Source: Klenkia brasiliensis
GTDB taxonomy: Bacteria > Actinomycetota > Actinomycetes > Mycobacteriales > Geodermatophilaceae
Direction of reading: 5' to 3'
Assembly (NCBI RefSeq): GCF_900100695.1
Contig: NZ_FNCF01000001.1
Location: 362,060-402,059 of the forward strand
DNA: 40,000 nt
Shown: positions 7,477 to 19,899 of the stretch, one piece after another
How the letters are laid out: the number at the start of each line of letters is the position of its first letter
How positions within the stretch are numbered: the stretch's first letter is position 1
Made by a program: the position numbers and the translations under genes
The notes under the pieces: model-generated
Told to the model about the DNA's origin: nothing
Databases searched by the model: none
Seen by the model: the letters and a program-made list of their open reading frames with translations, nothing else

Positions 7477-8361
7477 GTGACCACCCCCGTGCGCGGCGAC
7501 CTCCCCGGTGAGCTGGTCGTCGACTGGTACGCCTCCGCCGCCCGCGACCTGCCGTGGCGGCAACCGGGGGTCGACGCCTGGGCGGTGCTGGTCAGCGAGG
7601 TCATGCTGCAGCAGACACCGGTGGCCCGGGTGGAGCCGGTCTGGCGGCAGTGGCTGGCGCGCTGGCCCCGGCCCTCGGCCCTGGCGGCCGAGCCCACCGG
7701 CGAGGTGATCCGCGCGTGGGGCAAGCTCGGCTACCCGCGGCGGGCGCTGCGCCTGCAGGCCGCCGCGGCGGTCATCGCCGCCGAGCACGGCGACGTGGTG
7801 CCCGACGACGTCGCGGTGCTGGAGTCGTTGCCCGGCATCGGCAGCTACACCGCGCGGGCGGTGGCCTGCTTCGGCTACGGCCAGCGGCAGCCGGTGGTCG
7901 ACACCAACGTGCGCCGCGTGGTGGCCCGGCTGGTGCACGGCCGGGCCGAGGCCGCGCCGGCCCGGACCAGCGACCTCGCCGACGTCGCCGCGCTCGCCCC
8001 GACCGACCACGACCGGGCGGTGCGGTTCTCCGTCGCCGTCATGGAGCTCGGCGCCCTGGTCTGCGTGGCCGGCACCCCGCGCTGCGGGGTCTGCCCGGTG
8101 CGCGAGGTCTGCGCGTGGCGGCTGGCCGGCTCCCCCGCCCACGACGGGCCGCCGAGGAAGGTGCAGAAGTTCGCCGGCACCGACCGGCAGGTGCGCGGCC
8201 GGCTGCTGGACGTGCTGCGCGCGGCCACCGGCCCGGTCGAGCAGCCCGAGCTCGACGCGGTGTGGGAGGACCCGGTGCAGCGCGGCCGCTGCCTGGACTC
8301 CCTGCTGGTCGACCGCCTGGTCGTGCAGACCGACGACGGGCGCTTCGCGCTGCCGGGCTGA
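7477..8361 (+). CDS. mutY: A/G-specific adenine DNA glycosylase MutY
   Basis: HhH-GPD fold motifs (VSEVMLQQT, LPGIGSYTARAV, VDTNVRRV) and FeS loop CVAGTPRCGVCPVREVC (C-X6-C-X2-C-X5-C). Start re-called to GTG 7477 (VTTPVRGDLPGELVVDWY); the track start 7393 would overlap the divergent gene. Confidence 0.85.
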   Translation: MTTPVRGDLPGELVVDWYASAARDLPWRQPGVDAWAVLVSEVMLQQTPVARVEPVWRQWLARWPRPSALAAEPTGEVIRAWGKLGYPRRALRLQAAAAVIAAEHGDVVPDDVAVLESLPGIGSYTARAVACFGYGQRQPVVDTNVRRVVARLVHGRAEAAPARTSDLADVAALAPTDHDRAVRFSVAVMELGALVCVAGTPRCGVCPVREVCAWRLAGSPAHDGPPRKVQKFAGTDRQVRGRLLDVLRAATGPVEQPELDAVWEDPVQRGRCLDSLLVDRLVVQTDDGRFALPG

Positions 8362-8373
8362 CCCCGACACGGC

Positions 8374-8407
8374 GGAGGCCGCCACCCCGGCTGGGGTGGC
8401 GGCCTCC
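8374..8407. terminator. Bidirectional hairpin between convergent mutY and clpC
   Basis: ggaggccgccacccc-ggct-ggggtggcggcctcc: perfect 15-bp stem. Confidence 0.65.
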
Positions 8408-8421
8408 TGTGACGCAGGGCC

Positions 8422-10959
<2,538 letters not shown>

Positions 10960-11190
10960 CTGCTGCTTCCCCTCTGACCGGCTCGGACGTGCGGTGCTGC
11001 TCCCCCTGCGGGGTCCTGCTGACCGACGTCGTCGGTGTCTTCTCCGATGAACGGGGCACCGGTCGTTCCACTGTAGTCGCGGACGACGGGCGCCGGAGCG
11101 CCCTGCACACCCGGAGGTGCTGTCGTCCACCCTGCTCAACCCCTGGTCCGGGACCGGTGTTCCGGGCCCGTTACGCCCTCAGCGGACGAC

Positions 11191-11225
11191 GGAGGCCCGG
11201 CCACCGCGTGGGTGACCGGGCCTCC
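11191..11225 (-). terminator. Hairpin 12 nt downstream of the lsr2 stop
   Basis: ggaggcccgg ... ccgggcctcc: 10-bp perfect outer stem with extra inner pairing. Separates lsr2 from the clpC leader. Confidence 0.5.
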
Positions 11226-11237
11226 GGGGGTCCTTCG

Positions 11238-11600
11238 TCAGTGGGCGGACTCGTAGGCCTCGACCACGCTGGCAGGGATGCGGCCGCGGTCGCTGACCTC
11301 GTGGCCGTTCTTGCGGGCCCAGTCACGGATCGCACCGGCCTGCTCGCGGTCCATCCGGCCCGCGCCCGAGCCGCTGCCCCCGGTGGCCTTGCTGCGGCCA
11401 CCACCGGAGGCGCGCCCGCGACCGGCGACCTTGCGGGCGGCGCCGACGTACTTGGCGAACACCTCGCGCATCTCGGTCGCGTTCTTGTCCGAGAGGTCGA
11501 TCTCGTAGGTGGTGCCGTCGAGGGCGAAGGTCACCGTCTCGTCGGCGGGGACGTCGTCGTCGAAGTCGTCACTGAGGATGACCTGGACCTTGCGTGCCAT
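11238..11600 (-). CDS. lsr2: Nucleoid-associated protein Lsr2
   Basis: 120 aa: [37 protein letters not shown]..., a Gly/Arg linker, and the C-terminal DNA-binding domain [33 protein letters not shown] upstream. Confidence 0.95.
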   Translation of the reverse strand: MARKVQVILSDDFDDDVPADETVTFALDGTTYEIDLSDKNATEMREVFAKYVGAARKVAGRGRASGGGRSKATGGSGSGAGRMDREQAGAIRDWARKNGHEVSDRGRIPASVVEAYESAH

Positions 11601-11749
11601 TTTCTGCTCCTGCGTCGTTCGGCCCCCGTGGTGGCCACGTGCATTCCGCCGCGGAATCGGCGGCGGCAGAATTCATTGCACCACACCGGCCCGCAGAATG
11701 CGCAATTGCGGCACAGAACTGCTCGCAGGGGTGAGGGGAACCGAATTGT

Positions 11750-13255
11750 TCAGGAAGTGAGCGGACGCACCAACGGGAACAGGATCGTCTCGCGGATGCC
11801 GAGACCCGTGAGCGTCATCATCAGGCGGTCCATGCCCATGCCGACGCCACCGGTGGGCGGCATGCCGTACTCCAGCGCCTCGAGGAAGTCCTCGTCGAGC
11901 ACCATCGCCTCGGGGTCGCCGGCCGCGGCCAGCAGCGCCTGCTGGGTGAACCGCTCGCGCTGCACGGTGGGGTCGACCAGCTCGGAGTAGCCGGTGCCCC
12001 GCTCGATCCCGCCGATGTAGAGGTCCCACTTCTCGGCCACCCCCGGCGTGCTGCGGTGCGCACGGGTCAGCGGAGAGGTGTCGGTCGGGTAGTCCACGAC
12101 GAACGTCGGCGCCTGGAGCGAGTGCTGCACCAGCGCCTCGAACAGCTCCTCGACGAGCTTGCCGTGCCCCCAGGCCGGGTCGACGCCGAGCTCCACCCGC
12201 TCGGCGTGCGCGCGCAGCTCCTCGACGGTGCTGCCGGGGGTGATCTCCTCGCCCAGCGCCTCGGAGGTGATGCCGTAGAGCGACACCTGCGGCCATTCCC
12301 CGGACAGGTCCACCTCGGTGCCGTCGTGGTGGCGCGCGGTGTGGTCGCCGAACAGCGCCGCGCACGATTCCTGCACCAGTTCCCGGGTGGTGCGCGCCAT
12401 GTCCTGGTAGTCGGCGTGGGCCTCGTAGAACTCCAGCATCGCGAACTCCGGGGAATGCGAGGAGTCGGCCCCCTCGTTCCGGAAGTTCCGGTTGATCTCG
12501 AACACCCGGTCCAGGCCGCCGACGATGCAGCGCTTGAGGAACAATTCCGGCGCGATGCGCAGGTAGAGGTCCAGGTCGAACGCATTCATGTGCGTGCGGA
12601 ATGGACGAGCCGTGGCCCCGCCGTGCACCACCTGGAGCATCGGGGTCTCGACCTCCAGGTAGCCGCGGGAGGTCAGCCCGGCCCGGACGGCGGCGTTCAC
12701 CGCGGCCCGCTGGTGCACGGTGCGGCGGGCCTCGTCGCGCACGATGAGGTCGACGTAGCGGCGGCGGACCCGCAGCTCCTCGCTCATCGGCTTGTGCGCC
12801 ACCGGCAGCGGGCGCAGCGCCTTGGCGGCCAGCTGCCACGAGTCGGCGAACACCGACAGCTCGCCGCGGCGGGAGGTGCCGACCTCGCCGGTGACCAGCA
12901 CGTGGTCGCCGAGGTCCACGTCGGCCTTCCACGCCGCCAGGGCCTCCTCGCCGACGCGGTCGCGGGAGAGCATCACCTGCAGCTCGGTGCCGCCCTCGCG
13001 GAGCGTGGCGAAGCACAGCTTGCCGGTGTTGCGGCTGAAGATGACCCGGCCGGTGACGCCCACGACCTCGCCGGTCATGGTGTCGGCGTCCAGCTCCGGG
13101 TGCGCCTCGCGGACGGCGGCCAGCGACGTCGTCCGCGGCACCGAGACCGGGTAGGGCTCCACGCCTGCCTCGCGCAGCCGGTCGAGCTTGCCGCGGCGGA
13201 CCCGCAGCTGCTCGGGGAGCTCGTCGTCGGGGGTGTCGGGAGGGCCGTCGGTCAC
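11750..13255 (-). CDS. lysS: Lysine--tRNA ligase (class II)
   Basis: 501 aa. OB-fold anticodon-binding N-domain and class II catalytic core ([24 protein letters not shown]). GTG start. Confidence 0.95.
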   Translation of the reverse strand: MTDGPPDTPDDELPEQLRVRRGKLDRLREAGVEPYPVSVPRTTSLAAVREAHPELDADTMTGEVVGVTGRVIFSRNTGKLCFATLREGGTELQVMLSRDRVGEEALAAWKADVDLGDHVLVTGEVGTSRRGELSVFADSWQLAAKALRPLPVAHKPMSEELRVRRRYVDLIVRDEARRTVHQRAAVNAAVRAGLTSRGYLEVETPMLQVVHGGATARPFRTHMNAFDLDLYLRIAPELFLKRCIVGGLDRVFEINRNFRNEGADSSHSPEFAMLEFYEAHADYQDMARTTRELVQESCAALFGDHTARHHDGTEVDLSGEWPQVSLYGITSEALGEEITPGSTVEELRAHAERVELGVDPAWGHGKLVEELFEALVQHSLQAPTFVVDYPTDTSPLTRAHRSTPGVAEKWDLYIGGIERGTGYSELVDPTVQRERFTQQALLAAAGDPEAMVLDEDFLEALEYGMPPTGGVGMGMDRLMMTLTGLGIRETILFPLVRPLTS

Positions 13256-13261
13256 CCGGCA

Positions 13262-13267
13262 AGCCTA
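13262..13267 (-). promoter_or_regulatory. -10 hexamer TAGGCT, 6 nt from the lysS GTG (leaderless architecture)
   Basis: Reverse complement ccgTAGGCTtgccggGTG, inside the 37-bp coaX-lysS spacer; no SD. Confidence 0.45.
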
Positions 13268-13292
13268 CGGAGCCGCGCCCGGCGGCTCGCCC

Positions 13293-14081
13293 TCACCTGG
13301 ACGACTGGTGCCGCTCGTGCGCCAACCGCAGGCCCTGCACGGTGAGGTCGGGGTCGCGCTCCCCCACCGACCGGCAGCTGTCCACCACCAGCGGGTGCAG
13401 CCCGCCGGTGGCCACCACGACCGGGCCGACGCCGAAGGTGGTCATCAGCTCGGCGGCGACCCGGTCGACCAGGCCGTCGACCAGGCCGGCGAACCCGAGG
13501 ACGACGCCGGACTGCAGCGCGGCGACGGTGTTCTTGCCGATGGCCTTCTCCGGCACGGTCAGCTCCACCGACCGCAGCTGGGCGGCCCGGGACGCCAGCG
13601 CGTCCAGCGACACCTCGACGCCGGGCGCCAGCGCGCCGCCCAGGAACGCGCCGGTCGGGCCCACGGCGTCCACCGTGGTGGAGGTGCCGAAGTCCACGAC
13701 GACCACCGGCCGGCCGGTGCCGTCGGGGCGCTTGCCGTACAGCTCGTGGGCGGCCAGGGCGGTGACCACCCGGTCGGCGCCGACCTCGCGGGGGTTGTCC
13801 ACGTGCAGCGGGACGCCGGTGCGCACACCCGGCCCCACCAGGGTGACCGGGACGTCGAGGCGGTCCAGCAGCTGGCGCAGCACCGGGAGCAGCTGGGGCA
13901 CCGTGGAGCAGGCGGCCACCCCGGTGACCTCGGTGTCGCGCAGCAGGCCGCGCCAGACCAGCTGGATCTCGTCGGCCGTGGCTCGGGGCTGGGTGCGCAC
14001 CCGCCAGCAGCCGGTCACCCGGGCACCGTCGAAGGTGGCCAGCACGGTGTGGCTGTTGCCGACGTCCACGCAGAGCAGCAC
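13293..14081 (-). CDS. coaX: Type III pantothenate kinase CoaX
   Basis: 262 aa. MLLCVDVGNSHTVLATF (ASKHA phosphate-1 motif), VVDFGTSTT, VATGG. Confidence 0.9.
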   Translation of the reverse strand: MLLCVDVGNSHTVLATFDGARVTGCWRVRTQPRATADEIQLVWRGLLRDTEVTGVAACSTVPQLLPVLRQLLDRLDVPVTLVGPGVRTGVPLHVDNPREVGADRVVTALAAHELYGKRPDGTGRPVVVVDFGTSTTVDAVGPTGAFLGGALAPGVEVSLDALASRAAQLRSVELTVPEKAIGKNTVAALQSGVVLGFAGLVDGLVDRVAAELMTTFGVGPVVVATGGLHPLVVDSCRSVGERDPDLTVQGLRLAHERHQSSR

Positions 14082-14082
14082 G

Positions 14083-15003
14083 TCAGGCCGTCCGCAGGTC
14101 CAGGGCGAGGTCCAGGATCGGCGAGCTGTGCGTCAGCGCGCCGACCGACAGGTAGTCCACGCCGGTCTCGGCGACCGCACGGGCGCCGGGCAGGGTCAGC
14201 CCACCGGTGGCCTCGGTGTGCGCTCGGCCACCCACCGCGGCGACGGCCTCGCGGAGCACCTCGGGCGGCATGTTGTCCAGCAGCAGGAAGTCCGCGCCGG
14301 CCTCCACGGCCTCCACGGCCTGCGCGACGGTGTCGGCCTCCACCTGCACGGGCACCCGCGGTGCGCGCTCCCGGACGGCGGCGACCGCGGCGGCCACCGA
14401 CCCCGCGGCGGCGACGTGGTTGTCCTTGACCATGGCGACGTCGTAGAGGCCCATCCGCTTGTTCGACCCGCCGCCGCAGCGCACCGCGTACTTCTCCAGC
14501 GGCCGCAGCAGGGGCGTGGTCTTGCGGGTGTCCAGCACGACCGCGCCGGTGCCCTCGACGGCGTCCACCCAGGCGCGGGTGGCCGTGGCGATGCCCGAGG
14601 CCCGGCTGGCGATGTTCAGCGCCGACCGCTCGGCGGCCAGCAGCGCCCGCACGTAGCCGGTGACGGTGAGCAGCACGTCGCCCCGGCGCACCCGGTCGCC
14701 GTCGGCCGCGCCGGCCACCAGGGTGGCCGAGGGCGCCAGCCGGGTGAACACCCGCGCGGCGACCGGGAGGCCCGCGACGACGCCGTCGGCCCGGGCGACC
14801 AGGTCGGCGGTGCCGCGCTGGGTGGCCGGCACGGTGGCGGCGCTGGTGACGTCGTGGGCCACCGCCTGGTCGGGGGCGTGCGGCAGCGGGCTGCCGCCGG
14901 TGAGGTCCTCGGCCAGGGTGCGCTCGACCAGGTCGGTCACCCAGGCCTCGTCCAGGCCGGTGCCGGTGAGGTCCCGCGGGTCGGCGGGCAGGGCACCGCT
15001 CAC
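14083..15003 (-). CDS. nadC: Nicotinate-nucleotide diphosphorylase (carboxylating) NadC
   Basis: C-terminal 306 codons of track ORF 14083..16728. QPRTase motifs: LDTRKTTPLLRPLEKYAVRCGGGSNKRMGLYDVAMVKDNH. GTG 15003 overlaps the nadB TGA (GTGA). Confidence 0.9.
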   Translation of the reverse strand: MSGALPADPRDLTGTGLDEAWVTDLVERTLAEDLTGGSPLPHAPDQAVAHDVTSAATVPATQRGTADLVARADGVVAGLPVAARVFTRLAPSATLVAGAADGDRVRRGDVLLTVTGYVRALLAAERSALNIASRASGIATATRAWVDAVEGTGAVVLDTRKTTPLLRPLEKYAVRCGGGSNKRMGLYDVAMVKDNHVAAAGSVAAAVAAVRERAPRVPVQVEADTVAQAVEAVEAGADFLLLDNMPPEVLREAVAAVGGRAHTEATGGLTLPGARAVAETGVDYLSVGALTHSSPILDLALDLRTA

Positions 15004-16685
15004 CAGTGCACCTCCGGCGGCGTGCCGACCGGGCGCGGGGTGAGCTGCAGGGTGCCGTCGGGATGCAGCGCGACGTCGACGTGCACCCGCCAGGCGTCGT
15101 CGTCGGCGGGGTGGTCCTCCCGCCAGTGGCAGCCGCGGGTCTCCTCGCGGGCACCGGCGGCGGCGGTGAGCGCGGTGGCGACGGTGAGCAGGTCGGTGGC
15201 CTCCCAGCCGGCCACCCCGGGCTCGGCGGTGCCCAGCAGGCCGGCGAGCGCGGCCAGCTCGCCGGCGGCCACGGTCAGCCCGGCGCCGCTGCGCAGCGCG
15301 CCGACCCGGCTGGACATGGTGGCGGTCAGCCGGCCGCGGGCGGCCGGGTCGAGCAGGCCGTCCAGGTGGGCGAGCTGGGGCGGCGCGGGCTGGGGGTCGG
15401 GCAGGCCGGCGGCCAGCTCGGCACCGATCCGGCCGGCGAACACCAGGCCCTCCAGCAGCGAGTTCGACGCCAGCCGGTTGGCCCCGTGCACCCCGGTGCA
15501 GGCCACCTCGCCGCAGGCGTAGAGCCCGGGCACGGTGGTGCGGCCGGCCAGGTCGGTGACCAGCCCGCCGGAGGCGTAGTGCGCGGCGGGGGTGACCGGC
15601 ACGAGCTCGGTGACCGGGTCGATGCCGGCCTCCCGGCAGCGGGCCACGATCGTGGGGAACCGCTGCTCCAGGCCCTCGACGTGCCGGGCGTCGAGGAACA
15701 CGTGGTCGGTGCCGTCGCGCAGCTGCACCCGGGTGATGGCCTTGGCGACCACGTCGCGGGGGGCGAGCTCGGCCAGCGGGTGCACCCCGACCATGAACCG
15801 CTCGCCGGCGCCGTCGCGCAGCAGTGCGCCCTCGCCGCGCAGCGCCTCGCTGACCAGCGGCTGCTGGCCGCGGGAGTCCGGGCCGAGGTAGAGCGCGGTC
15901 GGGTGGAACTGCACGAACTCCAGGTCGGTGGCCACCGCCCCGGCCCGCAGCCCCAGCGCCACGCCGTCGCCGGTGGAGACCGACGGGTTGGTGGTCGAGG
16001 CGTAGACCTGGCCCATGCCGCCGGTGGCCAGCACCACCGCGCGGGAGCGCACCGCGCCGACGCCGTCGGAGCTGCCCTCGCCCAGCACGTGCAGGGTCAC
16101 CCCGGCCGCGCGCCCGGCGGCGTCGGTGACCAGGTCGAGCACCATCGCGTGCTCGACGAGGGTGATGCCGGGGTCGGCGGTGACGGCGGCGTGCAGCGCG
16201 CGCTGCACCTCGGCCCCGGTCGCGTCGCCGCCGGCGTGCACGATCCGGTCGGCGTGGTGCCCGCCCTCGCGGGTGAGCAGCAGATCGCCGTCCGGCCCGC
16301 GGTCGAAGGCCGCCCCCCAGGCCATGAGCTCGCGCAGCCGGTCGGGGCCCTCGGTGACCAGGGCGTGCACGGCGTCGGGCTCGCACAGGCCGACGCCGGC
16401 GGTCTCGGTGTCGGCGGCGTGCGCGGCCGGGGAGTCGGTGGCGGCGAGCACCGCGGCGATGCCGCCCTGCGCCCACCGCGTCGAGCCGTCGTCCACCTCG
16501 ACCTTGGTGACGACGGCGACCGACAGGCCGGCCGCCCGGGCGTGCAGCGCGACGCAGAGACCGGCGACGCCGGACCCCACCACGCAGACGTCGGCGGTCA
16601 GCTCCCACCCGGGCACGGGCGCGGCCAGCCGCGACGGCAGCCGGGTGGCCAGCGGGGGCCCCACGACCGGGCCGGCGAGTGTCAC
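15000..16685 (-). CDS. nadB: L-aspartate oxidase NadB
   Basis: 561 aa. FAD dinucleotide fold [20 protein letters not shown], and the HYASGG / [13 protein letters not shown] motifs of the succinate dehydrogenase/fumarate reductase flavoprotein family. GTG 16685 overlaps the panD TGA. Confidence 0.9.
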   Translation of the reverse strand: MTLAGPVVGPPLATRLPSRLAAPVPGWELTADVCVVGSGVAGLCVALHARAAGLSVAVVTKVEVDDGSTRWAQGGIAAVLAATDSPAAHAADTETAGVGLCEPDAVHALVTEGPDRLRELMAWGAAFDRGPDGDLLLTREGGHHADRIVHAGGDATGAEVQRALHAAVTADPGITLVEHAMVLDLVTDAAGRAAGVTLHVLGEGSSDGVGAVRSRAVVLATGGMGQVYASTTNPSVSTGDGVALGLRAGAVATDLEFVQFHPTALYLGPDSRGQQPLVSEALRGEGALLRDGAGERFMVGVHPLAELAPRDVVAKAITRVQLRDGTDHVFLDARHVEGLEQRFPTIVARCREAGIDPVTELVPVTPAAHYASGGLVTDLAGRTTVPGLYACGEVACTGVHGANRLASNSLLEGLVFAGRIGAELAAGLPDPQPAPPQLAHLDGLLDPAARGRLTATMSSRVGALRSGAGLTVAAGELAALAGLLGTAEPGVAGWEATDLLTVATALTAAAGAREETRGCHWREDHPADDDAWRVHVDVALHPDGTLQLTPRPVGTPPEVHW

Positions 16686-17107
16686 CCGCGGACCGTATCC
16701 CCCCGGACCAGGCCGTTGCCCGCCACACCGGGCGGCGGGGTCGCCGGGTCGACGCCCAGCTCGACGACGCGGTTGTCGCCGTCGACGTGCACGACCCTGG
16801 GCAGGAAGGACTTGGCCTCGGTCTCGTCCATCAGGCCGTAGCTGATCAGGATGACCAGGTCGCCGGGGTGCACCAGGTGCGCGGCGGCGCCGTTGATCCC
16901 GATGACGCCCGAGCCGCGCTGCCCCGGGATCACGTAGGTCTCCAGCCGGGCGCCGTTGGTCACGTCGACGATCGCGACCTGCTCGCCGGGCAGCAGGTCC
17001 GCGGCGTCCAGCAGGTCCTCGTCGATCGTCACCGAGCCGACGTAGTGCAGGTCGGCCTGGGTGACCGTGGCCCGGTGGATCTTGGACTTGAGCATCGTGC
17101 GCATCAT
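16682..17107 (-). CDS. panD: Aspartate 1-decarboxylase PanD
   Basis: 141 aa. [29 protein letters not shown] with the Gly-Ser self-processing site. ATGA overlap with panC. Confidence 0.95.
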   Translation of the reverse strand: MMRTMLKSKIHRATVTQADLHYVGSVTIDEDLLDAADLLPGEQVAIVDVTNGARLETYVIPGQRGSGVIGINGAAAHLVHPGDLVILISYGLMDETEAKSFLPRVVHVDGDNRVVELGVDPATPPPGVAGNGLVRGDTVRG

Positions 17108-17958
17108 CGGGGCTCCCCCAGGGTCACGGCGGTGTTGTCGATCAGGCGGGTGCTGCCGGCGCGGGCGGCGACCAGCAGGCGGGCCGGGCCGGCCGACGGC
17201 GCCGGGCCCAGGTCGGGGTCGGTGAGGGCCAGGTAGTCCGGGACCAGCGACGGCTCGCCGTCCAGCACCTGCTGCGCTGCCGCGAGGACGACGCCCGGGC
17301 CCTGCGGCCCGGCGGCGGCACCGGCGCGCAGCGCCGCCGAGATCGCCGCCGCGGCTCGGCGCTGGGCCGGGTCGAGGTAGCGGTTGCGCGAGGACAGCGC
17401 CATGCCGTCCTCCTCGCGGACGGTGGGGACGCCGACCACGTCGACGCCGAGGGCCAGCTCCCGGGCCATGGCCCGGATCAGGGTCAGCTGCTGGTAGTCC
17501 TTCTCGCCGAAGACGGCGACGTCGGGGCGCACCAGCCCGAACAGCGTCGCGACGACGGTGAGCACGCCGGCGAAGTGCCCGGGCCGGACGGCGCCCTCCA
17601 GCACGTCGCCGAGCGGACCGGGGTGCACCCCCACGCCGACCGCGCCGTCGGGGTAGACCTCGGCGACCCCGGGGTGGAACACCACGTCGGCGCCCTCCTC
17701 CGCCAGGGCGGCGAGGTCGGCGTCCCAGGTGCGGGGGTAGCGGTCGAAGTCCTCGCCGGGGCCGAACTGGGTCGGGTTGACGAAGACCGAGACCACGACG
17801 CCGCCGCCGAGGGTGCGGGCGTGCCGGACCAGCGTGCGGTGGCCCTCGTGCAGCGCGCCCATGGTGGGCACCAGCACGACCGGGCCCGGCAGGTCGGCGA
17901 CCAGCTCGCGCAGCTCGGCGGCGGTCTCCGCGACGGCGGTCGGGGTGACCGCGGTCAC
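17104..17958 (-). CDS. panC: Pantoate--beta-alanine ligase PanC
   Basis: 284 aa. [11 protein letters not shown] (HIGH-type motif), [29 protein letters not shown]. Confidence 0.95.
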   Translation of the reverse strand: MTAVTPTAVAETAAELRELVADLPGPVVLVPTMGALHEGHRTLVRHARTLGGGVVVSVFVNPTQFGPGEDFDRYPRTWDADLAALAEEGADVVFHPGVAEVYPDGAVGVGVHPGPLGDVLEGAVRPGHFAGVLTVVATLFGLVRPDVAVFGEKDYQQLTLIRAMARELALGVDVVGVPTVREEDGMALSSRNRYLDPAQRRAAAAISAALRAGAAAGPQGPGVVLAAAQQVLDGEPSLVPDYLALTDPDLGPAPSAGPARLLVAARAGSTRLIDNTAVTLGEPR

Positions 17959-18875
17959 CGCGGCACCTCGACGCCGTCGAGCAGGTCGGTCAGCGGCTGC
18001 GCCTCGTGCGGCTTGAGCCGGCCGGCGGCCGCGGCGCGCTCGGTGGTGCGGCGGGCCATGGCCACGTAGCCGGCGACGGCGTCGGGGGCGCGCTCGGCCA
18101 GCGCGGCCACGTGCCCGGCGACGGTGCCGACGTCACCGCGGCTGACCGGGCCGGTGAGGCCGGCGTCGCCGCGGCGCAGACCGTTGTCCAGCGCGGCGCC
18201 CAGCAGCGGGCCGAGGACCCGGGCGGGCTGCTCCACGCCGGCGGTGCGGAGCAGGTCGGCGGCCTCGGCGACCAGGGTGACCAGGTGGTTGGCGCCGGTG
18301 ACCAGGGCCGCGTGGTAGAGCACCCGGTCGGCCTCGGCGACCCAGAAGGGCTCGCCGCCCATCTCCAGGACCACGGTCTCGGCGACCGCGCGGTGCTCGG
18401 GCCGGCTGGTGACGCCGAACGGGGTGCCGAGCAGGCGGGGCAGGTCCTCGGGCCCCCCGGAGAAGGTCATCGCGGGGTGCAGCGCCAGGCCCAGCACGCC
18501 GGCCTCCTCGGCGGGGGCCAGCACCGCCAGCCCGTGCGCGCCGGAGGTGTGGAGGGCCAGCTGGCCGCGGCGCCAGCCGCCGGTGCCGGCCAGGCCCGCG
18601 ACCAGGCCGGGGAGGGCGTCGTCGGGGACGGCGAGGACGACGAGGTCGCTGGCGGCGACCACCTCGTCGGTGGGCAGCAGCGGTGTGCCGGGCAGCAGCC
18701 GGGCGGCGCGGGCGCGCGAGGCGTCGGACAGGCCCGCGGCGGCGACCACGTCGTGGCCGGCGGCGGCGAGCGCGGCGCCCAGGACGGCGCCGACGCGGCC
18801 GGCGCCGACGATGCCGACGCGCAGGCGGGCGGGGCTGTGCCGGTCCGCGGGCAGGGCTGCGCTGAACTGGTCCAT
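17955..18875 (-). CDS. Rossmann-fold NAD(P)-binding protein with DUF2520-type C-terminal domain (Rv3603c-like)
   Basis: Start re-called to ATG 18875 (MDQFSAALP...), gagagg SD upstream. [25 protein letters not shown] dinucleotide-binding motif. Its stop overlaps the panC GTG (GTGA). Confidence 0.75.
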   Translation of the reverse strand: MDQFSAALPADRHSPARLRVGIVGAGRVGAVLGAALAAAGHDVVAAAGLSDASRARAARLLPGTPLLPTDEVVAASDLVVLAVPDDALPGLVAGLAGTGGWRRGQLALHTSGAHGLAVLAPAEEAGVLGLALHPAMTFSGGPEDLPRLLGTPFGVTSRPEHRAVAETVVLEMGGEPFWVAEADRVLYHAALVTGANHLVTLVAEAADLLRTAGVEQPARVLGPLLGAALDNGLRRGDAGLTGPVSRGDVGTVAGHVAALAERAPDAVAGYVAMARRTTERAAAAGRLKPHEAQPLTDLLDGVEVPR

Positions 18876-19106
18876 CGGTGTGCACCTCTCGTTCCGGGCC
18901 CTCGCGGGTACCGGACATCTCGGCGACGACGGGCCCTCCTCGTCGAGGACCCGGGTGGTGCTGGTTCGTGCTGGGTGGTGCGGTGCCCGGCCGGGCCGCT
19001 GCAACGGGTTGTCACGCGGAGGACGGGCGCCGACGAGTGTGCGCCCCGCGCGCGTGCCCGGCCACGGCTGCGAGGTGTGGGGTCACTCACCCCGGGGGGC
19101 GGTGGA

Positions 19107-19112
19107 TACGGT
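19107..19112 (+). promoter_or_regulatory. -10 hexamer TACGGT, 7 nt from GTG 19120 of the SDR gene (leaderless architecture)
   Basis: gaTACGGTgccgcctGTG; no SD. Confidence 0.4.
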
Positions 19113-19119
19113 GCCGCCT

Positions 19120-19899
19120 GTGACCGAAGCCGCTCGCACCGACCTGTTCTCCTTCGCCGGCCGCACCGCCCTGGTGACCGGCGCCAGCCGAGGCATCGGC
19201 CTGGCCATCGCGCGCTCGCTCGTCGACCGCGGCGCGCGGGTGGTGCTCACCGCCCGCAAGCCCGAGGCGCTCGCCGAGGCGGTGGAGTCCCTCGGCGGCC
19301 CGGAGGTGGCCGTGGCCGTGGCCGGCAACGCCGGGGACGCCGAGCACCGCGCCGAGGCGGTGCGCACCGCGGTCGAGACCTTCGGCAGCCTGGACCACCT
19401 GGTCGGCAACGTCGGCATCAACCCCGTCTACGGGCCGCTGGTGGACGCGCCGCTGGACGCCTTCCGCAAGATCCTGGACACCAACGTGGTGAGCACGCTG
19501 GGCCTGGTGCAGGAGGCGCACCGGGCCTGGCTGGGCGAGCACGGCGGGTCGGTGCTCATCGTGGCGTCGGTCGCGGGGCTGAAGTCCAGCCAGGGCATCG
19601 CGGCCTACGGCGTCAGCAAGGCCGCCCTGGTCAACCTGACCACGCAGCTGGCCGTGGAGCTGGGCCCGCAGCGGATCCGGGTGAACGCCGTCGCCCCGGC
19701 CGTGGTCAAGACGAAGTTCGCCGAGGCGCTGTTCGAGGGCCGCGAGGACGCGGTGTCCCGGCAGTACCCGGTGGGCCGGCTCGGGGTGCCCGAGGACATC
19801 GGCGAGGCCGGGGCCTACCTGCTGTCCGACGCGGCCGGCTGGGTCACCGGGCAGACCCTGGTGCTCGACGGCGGCGCGCTGTCCCAGGGCCCGATCTAG
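19120..19899 (+). CDS. Short-chain dehydrogenase/reductase (SDR) family oxidoreductase
   Basis: TALVTGASRGIG cofactor motif, NVGIN, catalytic S...YGVSK, NAVAPA. Start chosen at GTG 19120 because TACGGT (19107-19112) lies 7 nt upstream and no SD is present. GTG 19111 is the alternative. Confidence 0.85.
   Translation: MTEAARTDLFSFAGRTALVTGASRGIGLAIARSLVDRGARVVLTARKPEALAEAVESLGGPEVAVAVAGNAGDAEHRAEAVRTAVETFGSLDHLVGNVGINPVYGPLVDAPLDAFRKILDTNVVSTLGLVQEAHRAWLGEHGGSVLIVASVAGLKSSQGIAAYGVSKAALVNLTTQLAVELGPQRIRVNAVAPAVVKTKFAEALFEGREDAVSRQYPVGRLGVPEDIGEAGAYLLSDAAGWVTGQTLVLDGGALSQGPI

Noticed and set aside
12841-12860. Perfect TGTCGGTG (RecA-NDp -35-like box) on the minus strand inside lysS
   Set aside because: The hexamer 8 nt downstream is ctcgtg, not TANNNT, and the site is deep inside a coding region in the sense orientation.
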